A DNA stretch of 64,000 nt from a virus. Below the pieces are notes generated by a model. It saw only the letters and a list, made by a program, of their open reading frames with translations, did not search any database and had not been told where the DNA came from. The stretch is from the IMG/VR virus record IMGVR_UViG_3300045988_154277. One strand, written 5' to 3'. This document shows positions 47,901-56,261 of the stretch, piece by piece (within the stretch, counting starts at the first letter, position 1; each line of letters opens with the position of its first letter). Position numbers and translations under genes: made by a program.

Positions 47901-49940
47901 CTTAGGATTATAGAAGGTGGTTTTCTTCTTCTTGAGTTTGGGATCCAACATGTTGAGAAGACCAGCGTTCTTGACACCCTCTTTGTGAGTGGCGATATCG
48001 GAGAACAATTGAGACTGACCGAATCCTTCCGAAGCTCTCGCCATCATCTCCTGAATGTTGGTATCGTTCATACGATCTGAGATAGCAGCGTTGATACGAT
48101 CTACCATCATCCCACTTGGACGATTGGTCTTCGGATCTTTGGTCATATCCATTAACAACTGCACAAAAGCTTTTCTGGTAGCATGATCCTCAGGTATCCC
48201 GTCGAATACAAGCTTGATGTAAGACGAGGTGATGTCAGTTCTGTTCTCTGCACCAGGACTAGATAACGCTTGGTAATATTCGAGAAGTGTTTCATAATCG
48301 AAGAACCGAGCAGCCGTTGCAGAGTTGATCAAGAACCGTTTCAAGTGATCTTCCATCTTGGACATCTGCTCTTGAAGCTTCTCCGCTTTTGCAGTACCCT
48401 TCTTAGCGTTCTTGTTCGTTAAAAGGATCGCACGGAACTTACCCATCGTCTCACCCATACGGCGAGCACGATCTTCTTTGCTACCGAACTCTTTGGAGAT
48501 GAAGTCTTCTCTAGCTTCTTCAACGGTTGTGAGTTTCCTCTGATGAACGTTGAAGGTCATCTGGTTGATCTTAGCATTCGGAGCTAAGGTTTGCTGTAAC
48601 GCTTCTACCAGATTACCGATCCTCTCCAGGTGACGTGGCATTACTTCAACGATCGTCTGTCTCGTTGTATTGTCGAACGGAACCGCTTCGTTCGCTCCTT
48701 CCAACATACTGTTACGAACAGCTTGTTTGTTGAAGCTCGGGATCTTATCAGCGATCCACCCGAGGAGGGTACCGTATTCACCACGATGTCTCTCCGCGAA
48801 CTGCTGAAGCCATGAGATCCCTTTGTTCTTCATGAACATGCCTTTATTCTCGATCAGATCACGAAGTCCACCATACTGTTTCAGCTTATCTCCGAAAAGT
48901 TTCTTTGCTCCGAGTTGAGCACCAAGTCCGAGACCCATAGCAACAAGTTTCATGGGAGTGAGTTTCTCCCCACCCCCCATCATCTCCATCATGGAAGTCA
49001 TCATGTCCAACTGAGGGATGATCCCCCTGGTGACATTCTTTACACTTCCCATCAAACTCTTGGAGATGTTCTGCATCATGGTGCTGCGGAACGAAGACTG
49101 ATACTCCGAATAGGTCTGGAGACGAGATCCTCTGGAAGCAGCAAGTCCCCCAACTCTCAGATTACCAGCTTTCATGTAATCAGGAACGCTGGTATTCTTA
49201 CTGATCTCTTTCAGACGCTCTTCTGAGATCTTAGCGATCGCAACCGTCGCCTTATGGATGTCTTTCATCACGAAGAGTCCCTGATACTTCAGTTCAAGGC
49301 TCTTCTTCAAATAACCAGTATAAGTACCCGTCAAGAACTCAGCAACTGTACTGACACTGTCACCGATCTTGTTGAGTGCTTCATAAGAAGCTTTAAAATG
49401 TTCCTCATTCAGTTTACGGTCGACCATGCGTTCCGTATCCTGTTTGATGATCATCTGCTTCTGTACTTCAGCCTGTCCTTCGAAGATAGACTGTAACGAA
49501 GAGCGTATGGTTTCATTGCGGATCTCCGCTTCCATATCTCTCTTCTTCTCCGCAGGGATGATGCTCTCTTCCAGCTTCTTCTTGATGCTATCATACCACT
49601 TCTTGGGCATGATCTTCTCCACCATGGGCATGGAACGAAGTGTAATCTGTTTCATGCTGTTGACAGCTGGAGAGATCTCGCTGGCAAGGTCCTGTTGGAG
49701 CTTCTTGAAATCATCCACAGTAGCAATGGTCTCATCGACAAGTTGGCTGGTGTTTCCGAACCGATCTTTCAGTTCGTTGTGCAACCCTTTCAATGCACCT
49801 TTGCCTGTGCTCTTCAGAAGCTCAGAGACATTCTTCAATGTCTCAGAACCTTTCTTCTTATTGGAGCTGTCATCACCCATGTCGATATCAAACTCATCGA
49901 ACATGTCTGCGGATAGATTGTCGAATTGGTCAGCGCCCAT
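41928..49940 (-). CDS. giant 2670-aa protein, Gly/Ala/Lys-rich with coiled-coil and glycine-zipper repeats (tape-measure-like or internal virion protein)
   Basis: Uninterrupted 8 kb ORF. Long tracts of GG(L/I)xxG repeats (KAGGLISGGLSKVGGLLGGAGGGIATKAGGLLSGGLGKLGG...). Charged coiled-coil block (EERDRRVEKDQKEEEAKKDAEQAE...). Many AxKxL/KxAG repeats. Confidence 0.5.
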   Translation of the reverse strand: MGADQFDNLSADMFDEFDIDMGDDSSNKKKGSETLKNVSELLKSTGKGALKGLHNELKDRFGNTSQLVDETIATVDDFKKLQQDLASEISPAVNSMKQITLRSMPMVEKIMPKKWYDSIKKKLEESIIPAEKKRDMEAEIRNETIRSSLQSIFEGQAEVQKQMIIKQDTERMVDRKLNEEHFKASYEALNKIGDSVSTVAEFLTGTYTGYLKKSLELKYQGLFVMKDIHKATVAIAKISEERLKEISKNTSVPDYMKAGNLRVGGLAASRGSRLQTYSEYQSSFRSTMMQNISKSLMGSVKNVTRGIIPQLDMMTSMMEMMGGGEKLTPMKLVAMGLGLGAQLGAKKLFGDKLKQYGGLRDLIENKGMFMKNKGISWLQQFAERHRGEYGTLLGWIADKIPSFNKQAVRNSMLEGANEAVPFDNTTRQTIVEVMPRHLERIGNLVEALQQTLAPNAKINQMTFNVHQRKLTTVEEAREDFISKEFGSKEDRARRMGETMGKFRAILLTNKNAKKGTAKAEKLQEQMSKMEDHLKRFLINSATAARFFDYETLLEYYQALSSPGAENRTDITSSYIKLVFDGIPEDHATRKAFVQLLMDMTKDPKTNRPSGMMVDRINAAISDRMNDTNIQEMMARASEGFGQSQLFSDIATHKEGVKNAGLLNMLDPKLKKKKTTFYNPKTGQPYSQKELKDLRLDLETQDDAERTASYEMDELRHLKAEEEKLRQRWKHRGGKEGDFADKLSGVLGGAAYATPDFINNDLTKAAGWLKGKYEKTKQGVTDFFSDDTVIGRTYSKAKSKYDESEQKKPHVNSVVKTGPTTYVISASDLRLNRYSETINVSTPLQPGTLPVEEINKLCTKKRWVFDMSDPSFRYSEITEENDIPEHYEEVKPEPAYTVTPGASGNYTVSGSSKGKRRSTKQVKVRTAADVAEEAVAFDADSRTSLRRWIPDKLDRIIELLGGGRPSNGPIPPDGYNPTDGVEWRTKPTYTQEGSRRIGFDAVNSAGGATSTTEMQVGNVTSNVQGTAPEEHRPMGFSALMEERAKESPKTTTDAVKGAKQKVQDVTGKLVETFQSREELVKYFPESMQEQVGVLYDNAVKSGHSIGKFLNKLGTDLKATGAQKKILDDLKRISTVIPSADQRKKYLGEVLSQLSSYKSMITDSKKRKEALDNIRKKMVSGLEDIQKEIQEKGVGGAIKSKATSGIRGLWRKLRYGWLKFRRSKIGRWIMAHIPDSVKKDVKEAFEKAKGDVKKGTEAAKKVIEKYNKNAKPGEQKIDPKMLNATQLEGSGDEGEFTPQDIAKDAIPDATLQHADEEVGQSEPVAAKQPGFFKKIGSFFHRDQPQSDIKNVNKVGFFGKMKGLFHRNKPEVKEAAVDATPATTVQATKKEESKAPEGDLKFEGEAESVFHSDFRLFAQRQIADNQSLLSAIMGIPGGGKGKGILGSIIGAGGKIGGGLIGAYGRMMAAMMGMYGNIAKGVLSGGGRVIGGALKAAPAVGKALLTPAKWLGKASWWTTKKTVGGAWRGGKWLGSKAWKGITHPFRKKDAKPLEEPVPEDKQYYQDANGRWHGPDGRFVSADQVPEQYKTAQAGAKPSLVSRIKDKVSGWFSKSSGPSKKKEGEEDDNIWNRKGWGGLFRTAWDGAKKVGSGIAKFFSKEKEGDSEVPKAGRKLGIDLLLNKITEIYDLLKEERDRRVEKDQKEEEAKKDAEQAEANMSAEEQQAANEKRLEERKKKMAEDAAAKAAAQGGEGTVQGQGSGEGQGDEEGGGLMDDAMDAVKSKALKFARNKLAAGGMKLLRKTKLGRKFLHSGVGKLMRKGIGTLLQKGDMGGITGRVGSVLSKAGGSIASKAGGLISGGLSKVGGLLGGAGGGIATKAGGLLSGGLGKLGGAAAGIAGKLGGLGSLAGGLAKFAGPVGLAVTAAKGLYDGYKGWGNAGAALGVDQDKLNFAEKASGALGGVASGLTFGLLDRDKATRGVNWLSRKAGFSTDLDADERADLEYKASLGDEGAKKKLEAAKGGFWKGTKNLLKYATPVGLAATGAAKAGGWLAKKLGFGKKDEKKEGAEKTEEKDSGKLSIPQNVAQALMDTSDSVAEFKSELRDYVDEHYPDASASSRRALIEATVTSMWGNKGGSSEKTTESSDEAKPAEEGKTKEGATDKGASTATKSDIVSKALEGATIKKPGWGSKLLKAATFTSPVGLAAMGAKALNDKFDLTGKAAKGLKWAGAKALGNLKNAWKGAKWLGSKYIAGNKAVGNALLGGAKTIGKGILAANDKVDELKAKLRGKMVTGAKAGLKWARGKAAGLAGKAAGYLEDVATNASGEGFITDLKDIAATGSRALADKLKGGQEERAAYVEKIMSMSAEEAVKMVGPEEYDKLRREYQHTRMKHHLGLWDRMTGKQIDTSGMLLGAKDTLTTDDNGEVSTSDISQSLNASIVNRRKKTTGTVEGLHGALERRASTKEVVGPDGKVTLTEDFVDNDKENVVEAMSDLHNIGRNLKGPGEYTELGQSKRSAKDVYDALDRFAPKKQTFWDKITGTKPKSPVNTASSISDKQMAKHDGVNAYLESKQPSKAGDAASQQAAGTEALVQATTSGNSSIVDKLAEMVNLMKEQIIVTSDSKVAQEKATSEGAQKALTAAMAYAKETAQNAVAASRPKPRREPAINVAKPVPA

Positions 49941-49960
49941 TGCGCAATCTCCTCAAGTTA

Positions 49961-50734
49961 TCAGAACGTCGGAATCGTAGAAGGAATGTAAGCGAAGTCG
50001 CAGTAGAGATCCAACTGTGCTCGCGTGGAGGTCAAAGCTTCCTGATACTGTTCCGGGTCTGGAATTAAAGTCTTATTCACATACGGTACTGTGAAGATCC
50101 TGGTATCGAAGAACCGTCCTTCCGATACGAACGCAACGGACAGATCTGTTCCTTCTTTCACGAACTCTTCGATGTTGTAGATCAACAGCAGTTTGTTGTC
50201 TGCATAATCATTCACAGGTGACGTATAACGGGGTTCTTTGGTGATGTCAAAGTGGACATTCGGCATCCTCTCTTGGAACGCTAATTGTAATGCGTTCAAC
50301 AGTTCATCGGGGTAGAGAGGGTTGGCGACATTCATGCGGATCCTGATGTCTACAGGTCTAGACGAAGCTGCTCGGTTGTGATGCTGGATCATCATCAGGA
50401 TATTACCGAACTCGTAATAGATCGAAGTGAACGGTGCTTTAAAGCAGATCATATCCACTTGATTCGGATCACTCAATAGCTCATCCAACTGTTTATCCGT
50501 ATGCTTCAATGCTGGGAAGTGAGTACAACATTCGTAATCATACTTCTTGTTGTACTCAGGAAGTTTATGAAGGATGTATGCCATCTCCTTCGGTACCTTC
50601 ACCAGATGCATCAGCGCACCCAATCTGAGATCCTGTAGATACTCAAGATCTACATAGATCCGTGTGACTGGACCCAGTTCTTGACGGATGAACTGCTCAC
50701 TTGTTTGATTGAACAAGTCCTGTAATTGGCTCAC
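49961..50734 (-). CDS. hypothetical protein (257 aa), GTG start
   Basis: AAGGAGGTTCTATC precedes GTG. Confidence 0.5.
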   Translation of the reverse strand: MSQLQDLFNQTSEQFIRQELGPVTRIYVDLEYLQDLRLGALMHLVKVPKEMAYILHKLPEYNKKYDYECCTHFPALKHTDKQLDELLSDPNQVDMICFKAPFTSIYYEFGNILMMIQHHNRAASSRPVDIRIRMNVANPLYPDELLNALQLAFQERMPNVHFDITKEPRYTSPVNDYADNKLLLIYNIEEFVKEGTDLSVAFVSEGRFFDTRIFTVPYVNKTLIPDPEQYQEALTSTRAQLDLYCDFAYIPSTIPTF

Positions 50735-50822
50735 GATAGAACCTCCTTATTATTCATAATATTCGATTTCGCATAGCATGCCTGGCTTACGTAGCAAGCT
50801 ATCACACAAAAAAGAAAGAGAT

Positions 50823-50855
50823 GGTAGGAGGGTGACATCATGTCACCCTCCTACC
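50823..50855 (-). terminator. 14-bp hairpin + T-run intrinsic terminator
   Basis: GGTAGGAGGGTGAC-atca-TGTCACCCTCCTACC. On the minus strand it is followed by ATCTCTTTCTTTTTTGTG. Confidence 0.7.
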
Positions 50856-50883
50856 AGAGTCTCTCAAAGGTCAGCGATATCGT

Positions 50884-51936
50884 TTAGAGTGTGAACGATC
50901 CTGCCGGATACGTCGGCACACCCAGAGGTCCTGACGCCGCACTGACCAACGGCGAAGCAGCACCTGTTGCATAGGAGTTCGTATACATGACATTCCCGTT
51001 GACATCGATGGAGCTGGACGGAACCAGCATCGCAGGTGCCGGAGGTGCTCCGATCCCAGCGGTTGCAGGAACCAACTGCGGTTGTTGGTTGTACGCCATC
51101 GGCGTATTCTGCTGCCACGGTGCCAGGGTCTGCTGGGGTGCAACTTTCTCCACAGTCTGGGTAACCCAGGCGTAGAGCTGTGCATAGCCTTCCAGCGCAT
51201 CCAGATGTTCCTCCAGTTCCTCTCTGTGCAGATCGATCCCACACAGATCACGGCTCCACGGATCCATCGCACTGAGTAGTCCGATGATCACATGAAGTTT
51301 GGCATCCGTTTCCGGGATACCGAGCAACTTGGCCGTATAGGTATACGTTCCGGAGATATCATCCGTCCCGAGGAATGTCGAGATGAGGATCTGGAATACT
51401 TCCCAGGTCTTCTTCCGGTATTTGGAATGCTCCTTGATGTAGTCTTCGTTGAAGACACAGCACTGCGCTTCGGCGGTCTTGGTCTTCTTGTTGTAGAAGA
51501 TGGTGAGGAGGTCGATCGACCGGATCTTCTCCAGTTCATCCATCATCGTTGCGTCGACTTTGTCGATGATCCTCGACATCAGCGGGAACTGGGAGTAGTT
51601 GTCATCCTTCTTCTCCACCGCATCCTGGATCATCTTCTTCATCAAGGATTTAAGGATCAGAGCACAGAGTGTGTTCATGCTGTTGTAGAACCACTCTCTT
51701 GCCCGGTTGATCCCAATGCACTCTTTGAACGGGTTGAGGATCGCAAGATCCTCATGACCAGGCATCCCTTCATAGAAGAATGCCACGATCTTGGTCTTCT
51801 TGCCATCCACCACCGTAACCGGCTGTTGGGTCGAGAGGTTCTTGATCGTATGGTCGTCCTGCACTTGGAAGACGTTCCCGATCTCGATCAGCAACTTCTC
51901 GAAGTTCGCCAATGAGTCTTTGTCGATTGTTTTCAT
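50884..51936 (-). CDS. hypothetical protein with Ala/Pro/Gln-rich low-complexity C-terminal tail
   Basis: The C-terminal ~100 aa (APQQTLAPWQQNTPMAYNQQPQLVPATAGIGAPPAPAML...) explains the GC-rich overlapping shadow ORFs 50864-51272. Confidence 0.5.
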   Translation of the reverse strand: MKTIDKDSLANFEKLLIEIGNVFQVQDDHTIKNLSTQQPVTVVDGKKTKIVAFFYEGMPGHEDLAILNPFKECIGINRAREWFYNSMNTLCALILKSLMKKMIQDAVEKKDDNYSQFPLMSRIIDKVDATMMDELEKIRSIDLLTIFYNKKTKTAEAQCCVFNEDYIKEHSKYRKKTWEVFQILISTFLGTDDISGTYTYTAKLLGIPETDAKLHVIIGLLSAMDPWSRDLCGIDLHREELEEHLDALEGYAQLYAWVTQTVEKVAPQQTLAPWQQNTPMAYNQQPQLVPATAGIGAPPAPAMLVPSSSIDVNGNVMYTNSYATGAASPLVSAASGPLGVPTYPAGSFTL

Positions 51937-51960
51937 ATTGATCCTTTATAGTTGATGTTG

Positions 51961-53664
51961 TTACAACGAGTAACTCGAAAAGGTGTTCGCGTTGATCGAC
52001 TGACCAAGCTGATGATCAGGGATCGTATGTCCTCCTTGGAAGGGAGCCTGTCCAGGGGGCAGGTTGGCTTCCGGAGTATATACTGGTTCGTCTTCCAGCA
52101 TATATTTATTATCTCCGAATGCGTTCGGTCCCAACCGTTTCATGATCGTTTCATCCGCTAACGATGAGAGCATACTCGCGTTGGAATTCAGAGTATCGAG
52201 CTTACAAATCATCGGATTCATGAGACCACCGAGTCGTCCGTTGGTCTCATAGAACCCGTCTTCCGGACTCGTTGTATTCCGCTGATCATCGAAGTAGTTC
52301 AGATCCAACAGGATCTCACCGGTCAGGTTGCAGATCGCCATCAGGTCGAACTCTCCATTTACGGCACGTAAGATCGGGAACAGTTCGTTCTCCAACGTCA
52401 TCTTGAAGAGTTCTACCATCTTCTTCATCTGCTCAGGGGTCGACTGCGCCAGAGAGTGGATCGGTTCGTAGAACTCCCAGATGCCGGATGGCGTTGCCAT
52501 GAACTGATCGCTCTTGATCCAGCTATTATACCGGAACGAGATATCAGCCAACCCACACCCCGGAAGGATCGAGGTGATCGTGGATGCAACCATCGAACAC
52601 ATCTTGTTCCGGAGGGACATGTTCTCCTGCGGAGTGATACCCCAACCACCCTGGTTCGGTACCTTGATCGGTCGGATGTTGATGTTCGGGAACATCGACT
52701 GCAACTGCATCAAGGTGATCGGACGAGAGGTATCAATCCCTTGTTTCGGGATGCTGTAGTTGGAGTTCGGAAGTTCCTGGGTGAATGTTGTCCGGACCAC
52801 ATCTGCTTGTACGTTCGGAGTAGCCGGAAGGATCGAACTCTTCATGAAGTCATCATCCGACCGTGCTAACGCCGCATCCAAAGCATGCATCACAGTGTTC
52901 AGCTGATGCTTCGGAGATTTCAACACGGAGCTGATGTTCTTCGCCCCTTCATCCACCACGTTGTTGGTGATCGCCAGAGGACCGTACGCTCCAACCATGG
53001 TGTTGGGGTCGCTGGTATCGATCATCCCCATGAGATCTCCAGGAGTACCCAGGAATAGCTGTTCGCTGGATGCTGACATCATGGAAGTCAAGGCGGAGAT
53101 CAAATCCGTATCGTGAGATACGGTGTATTTCCTGACCCCTCCTCTCATCCCGATCTCATTGTGAAGATAGGTGATCGTTGCATGGGTGAACACCAATACC
53201 GCTCTCGGATTGATCGACTGAGTCAACGGATTCACCGGTTCCTCAGCTCCGAGATTATCCAGACCTGCCACATATCCACTTCCGATAAATCGTGTGGATG
53301 CAGATGGTGCTGCCATCCGGATACCGTGGTTGATTGGGTTGTCATCGATCGTCAACACGAAACTCCAGGTATTGGAGAGCTCGTAGGTGTTCAGCAAGGA
53401 TCCGAAATCCTCCGGAAGGATCGCTGTTACAACACTTTTTGCTTTGCCTGCTCCGTTCGGTGCTACAGCTTCCTGCAGAGTGGACGCTCTGCCGACCACA
53501 TCGTTGTAGAACTGAGGAGTCAGGTTGTAGGCATATGACCGAAGCACCTGTGTTGGTAAGAGCTTCGGCGAGAATAAGAACAGGGTCGCTTGAGGACCCA
53601 TGTAGTCGCCGAGGTGTGCCTGCATGCCATACAGGTTGGCGACGAACTGGTTGTAGTCTTGCAT
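51961..53664 (-). CDS. hypothetical protein (567 aa)
   Basis: Track ORF, no motifs. Confidence 0.5.
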   Translation of the reverse strand: MQDYNQFVANLYGMQAHLGDYMGPQATLFLFSPKLLPTQVLRSYAYNLTPQFYNDVVGRASTLQEAVAPNGAGKAKSVVTAILPEDFGSLLNTYELSNTWSFVLTIDDNPINHGIRMAAPSASTRFIGSGYVAGLDNLGAEEPVNPLTQSINPRAVLVFTHATITYLHNEIGMRGGVRKYTVSHDTDLISALTSMMSASSEQLFLGTPGDLMGMIDTSDPNTMVGAYGPLAITNNVVDEGAKNISSVLKSPKHQLNTVMHALDAALARSDDDFMKSSILPATPNVQADVVRTTFTQELPNSNYSIPKQGIDTSRPITLMQLQSMFPNINIRPIKVPNQGGWGITPQENMSLRNKMCSMVASTITSILPGCGLADISFRYNSWIKSDQFMATPSGIWEFYEPIHSLAQSTPEQMKKMVELFKMTLENELFPILRAVNGEFDLMAICNLTGEILLDLNYFDDQRNTTSPEDGFYETNGRLGGLMNPMICKLDTLNSNASMLSSLADETIMKRLGPNAFGDNKYMLEDEPVYTPEANLPPGQAPFQGGHTIPDHQLGQSINANTFSSYSL

Positions 53665-53702
53665 GTTAGCCTCCTATGCGTTGTGCTAGACTTGGTTATG
53701 GG

Positions 53703-54866
53703 TTACACTCCGTGTTGATCCATCACACACAGACTCGCTACCGCATATACGGTGAAGTCGATGTAGTATTGATCCACGAAGTCGTCACTGTGTTTTATTT
53801 CAATGTAAGCTTCATCCAGCCAATTCTTAGTGATGTCGATCTCAACCACCGTGTTGTTCATCGGGGGTTTGGTAAGATCATGCCAGTACCATCTTGCGAA
53901 TGCGTTGAACACTTCGTCGATGTGGTATTGGTCCATCATGGCTGACTGTTGAGAACTGATGCCTTTGTACCGATTGTACAACTCGTATTTGTGATCGGAT
54001 ACGATGTTCTTATCCAGTGTGATATGGAGATGATAGTCAGTGGCTTCGATCATACCTAACGCTTGGACGAGCGTCATGAACCCCCACCTCCGATCCACAT
54101 CTTCTTCTCCATATTTCACACCTTCTCCTGCAGGATCGAACGGTGGTTCGATCTCTGCTGAGATCACAGAGCACATCGGTACACCGAAGTCCAAAGCTCG
54201 GATCGTTTTCAGATCTTTCAGTGTGATATCGTCCTGCAGGAACACTTTGGTGAACGGATCCACCTCATGCTCCGGGATGTAATCACAAATGTATGGTAAC
54301 TCTGACACATACCTCGGATCACTTCGCATACCAAGAACTCTCTCCAGAACATCCACGTTGGCGGAGTCGTGTCCGAAGATACACTTGTGTACGATGTGGT
54401 CCAAGTTCCGCATCAACGCTTCTGCTTTGGGGTTCCAATACAGAGAGTTGCATACGGCTCTCAGGATATGACTGTGGATGGTCCTCGGACAACAGAGTCC
54501 GATCCCTGTCATCTGCAGCACACCGGTGATCCCATTCAAGAACTTCACGGTCTTGACGTTCGCCAATGAAGATCCTTGATGCATCTTCTGATAGATCCCG
54601 TTGATCTGGATATCGGATGTCCACCAACGTTTCTTCAGATCGATCGGTTCCGATGTGACGAACATCCGCTCGATTACTTGATTACCGACAACTTCCACTG
54701 TCTTGTATTTGTGGAATCCCGCACTCATCAGAGCTACGATATCGACATCCCAACCATACCAGTGGATATCATCCATGCGCTCCCCATCGGAGAACACCGG
54801 AACCACCGATGAGAACTTCGCATCCGATTGATACCTCGATGGTATCGGTACTAAATCATACAACAT
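53703..54866 (-). CDS. hypothetical protein (387 aa)
   Basis: TAGGAGGTTAAC SD. TATATATTAC motif upstream. Confidence 0.5.
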   Translation of the reverse strand: MLYDLVPIPSRYQSDAKFSSVVPVFSDGERMDDIHWYGWDVDIVALMSAGFHKYKTVEVVGNQVIERMFVTSEPIDLKKRWWTSDIQINGIYQKMHQGSSLANVKTVKFLNGITGVLQMTGIGLCCPRTIHSHILRAVCNSLYWNPKAEALMRNLDHIVHKCIFGHDSANVDVLERVLGMRSDPRYVSELPYICDYIPEHEVDPFTKVFLQDDITLKDLKTIRALDFGVPMCSVISAEIEPPFDPAGEGVKYGEEDVDRRWGFMTLVQALGMIEATDYHLHITLDKNIVSDHKYELYNRYKGISSQQSAMMDQYHIDEVFNAFARWYWHDLTKPPMNNTVVEIDITKNWLDEAYIEIKHSDDFVDQYYIDFTVYAVASLCVMDQHGV

Positions 54867-54892
54867 GTTAACCTCCTAACGTTGTTCACATC

Positions 54893-54906
54893 TAGTAATA
54901 TATAGT
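54893..54906 (-). promoter_or_regulatory. TATATATTAC promoter motif
   Basis: Plus CTAGTAATATATAG. Confidence 0.5.
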
Positions 54907-54926
54907 TGAAATCACTCTCAGGATAT

Positions 54927-56255
54927 TTACAAAATATATCCTAGGTTCGTGTTGAACGCGATCGATTCCAACCGATCTCTGTTCACCAGACTCGGAGTTA
55001 TAAGGTGATACATGTTGAGATTTACATAATACCATTCCACCAAGGTTCCTCTGGTTGCTGCGATCAAGATCTCACCCAACCAGGTTTTGGATAACGTAAC
55101 TTCGCTGTACTTGTGGATCGAAGTTTTCCAGTTCAGGAAGATCTTACGAAGTTGATCTAGCAGTGGTCCGAAGATCATATCCGTCTGTTGATAGACTCCG
55201 AATCGATCGTACGTGTAGATCTCAGGTTCTTGTTGGTCACAGGACAACCGAACGGTTACATCCGTGTATGGGACATGACAGAAGAACTCGATGAACTCAT
55301 CGAAATCGATCCCTTCCTCCAACCCGGATATTTGATCCATCAGAGGAGTAAGCGGATAACTCTCAGAAAGATGTACGTCTGCACAAGCCATGTCGAAGTA
55401 GCCACAGGCTAAATTTCGATCCTCTAGGTAAGGGAGCAGCGCATCCATCGTGAGGTAAGAAGGAGTGTTCAAACAGACCATGGTGACAGGGTCATATTGA
55501 CCTCGGAACATGAACTCATCGATCAAACATCTCGGATCTTCTTTCGCGTTTAAGCCGATCAACTCATCCACCAAGGTGAACAACCCATCTTGGTTCTTCT
55601 CATAGAAGACCAGATCCTTCAATAGATTGATCACCGTGGCAGGACGTTCTGGAGTTACCTTCTGTCGGATGTTGAATGCGAGGTCGTTCGGACACCAGCG
55701 GACGAAGTCACTGTCCATCCGAGTGTTCGATACGATCTGAAGCATATTGTCCAAATACTCCACGATCCCACACAGACCTCTGTAGTTGCCCATCGGGATC
55801 CGATCTGGTGTATCCGGATAGATCGGTCGTGCTACAGGGAGAGTGATGTTCGTGCTATCACTGATCTTCATCCCTAACACATAGTTCGACAATAAGAAAT
55901 CGATCGTTTGTGTAAAGAGGAAGGTCTCTGTAATACAACCTGGTTTACCATACGTCGCAGAGATAGGAACAAGCACTGGGGGAGTCCGATAAACTCCCCC
56001 AGTGTATATATCTCTATGCATTTGAAGACATCTTGGGTCGAATGTTTCATCGGTGATGAAGGTATGTGCGATCAGATACCCGTCCCAGGTGGAATACACC
56101 TTGTAGAATGCCAAAGGAGGAACACGGATGTTCCTCCCATAAGTCCAGGTATCTTGGGTACCCATACCGTCCCAAGTGTCTTCGCTTGTCTCTCCGAGGA
56201 TCATGGCACCAGGTCGATAGATCCGGTTCGGAACCGGAAGGATCGCCTTGATCAT
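54927..56255 (-). CDS. hypothetical protein (442 aa)
   Basis: Track ORF. Confidence 0.5.
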   Translation of the reverse strand: MIKAILPVPNRIYRPGAMILGETSEDTWDGMGTQDTWTYGRNIRVPPLAFYKVYSTWDGYLIAHTFITDETFDPRCLQMHRDIYTGGVYRTPPVLVPISATYGKPGCITETFLFTQTIDFLLSNYVLGMKISDSTNITLPVARPIYPDTPDRIPMGNYRGLCGIVEYLDNMLQIVSNTRMDSDFVRWCPNDLAFNIRQKVTPERPATVINLLKDLVFYEKNQDGLFTLVDELIGLNAKEDPRCLIDEFMFRGQYDPVTMVCLNTPSYLTMDALLPYLEDRNLACGYFDMACADVHLSESYPLTPLMDQISGLEEGIDFDEFIEFFCHVPYTDVTVRLSCDQQEPEIYTYDRFGVYQQTDMIFGPLLDQLRKIFLNWKTSIHKYSEVTLSKTWLGEILIAATRGTLVEWYYVNLNMYHLITPSLVNRDRLESIAFNTNLGYIL

Positions 56256-56261
56256 CGTTGT

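Noticed and set aside
50864-51272. Cluster of overlapping GC-rich ORFs (50864..51244, 50871..51272, 50987..51175)
   Set aside because: They are explained by the Ala/Pro/Gln-rich low-complexity C-terminal tail of the real gene 50884..51936. A local GC rise produces open frames in several phases.
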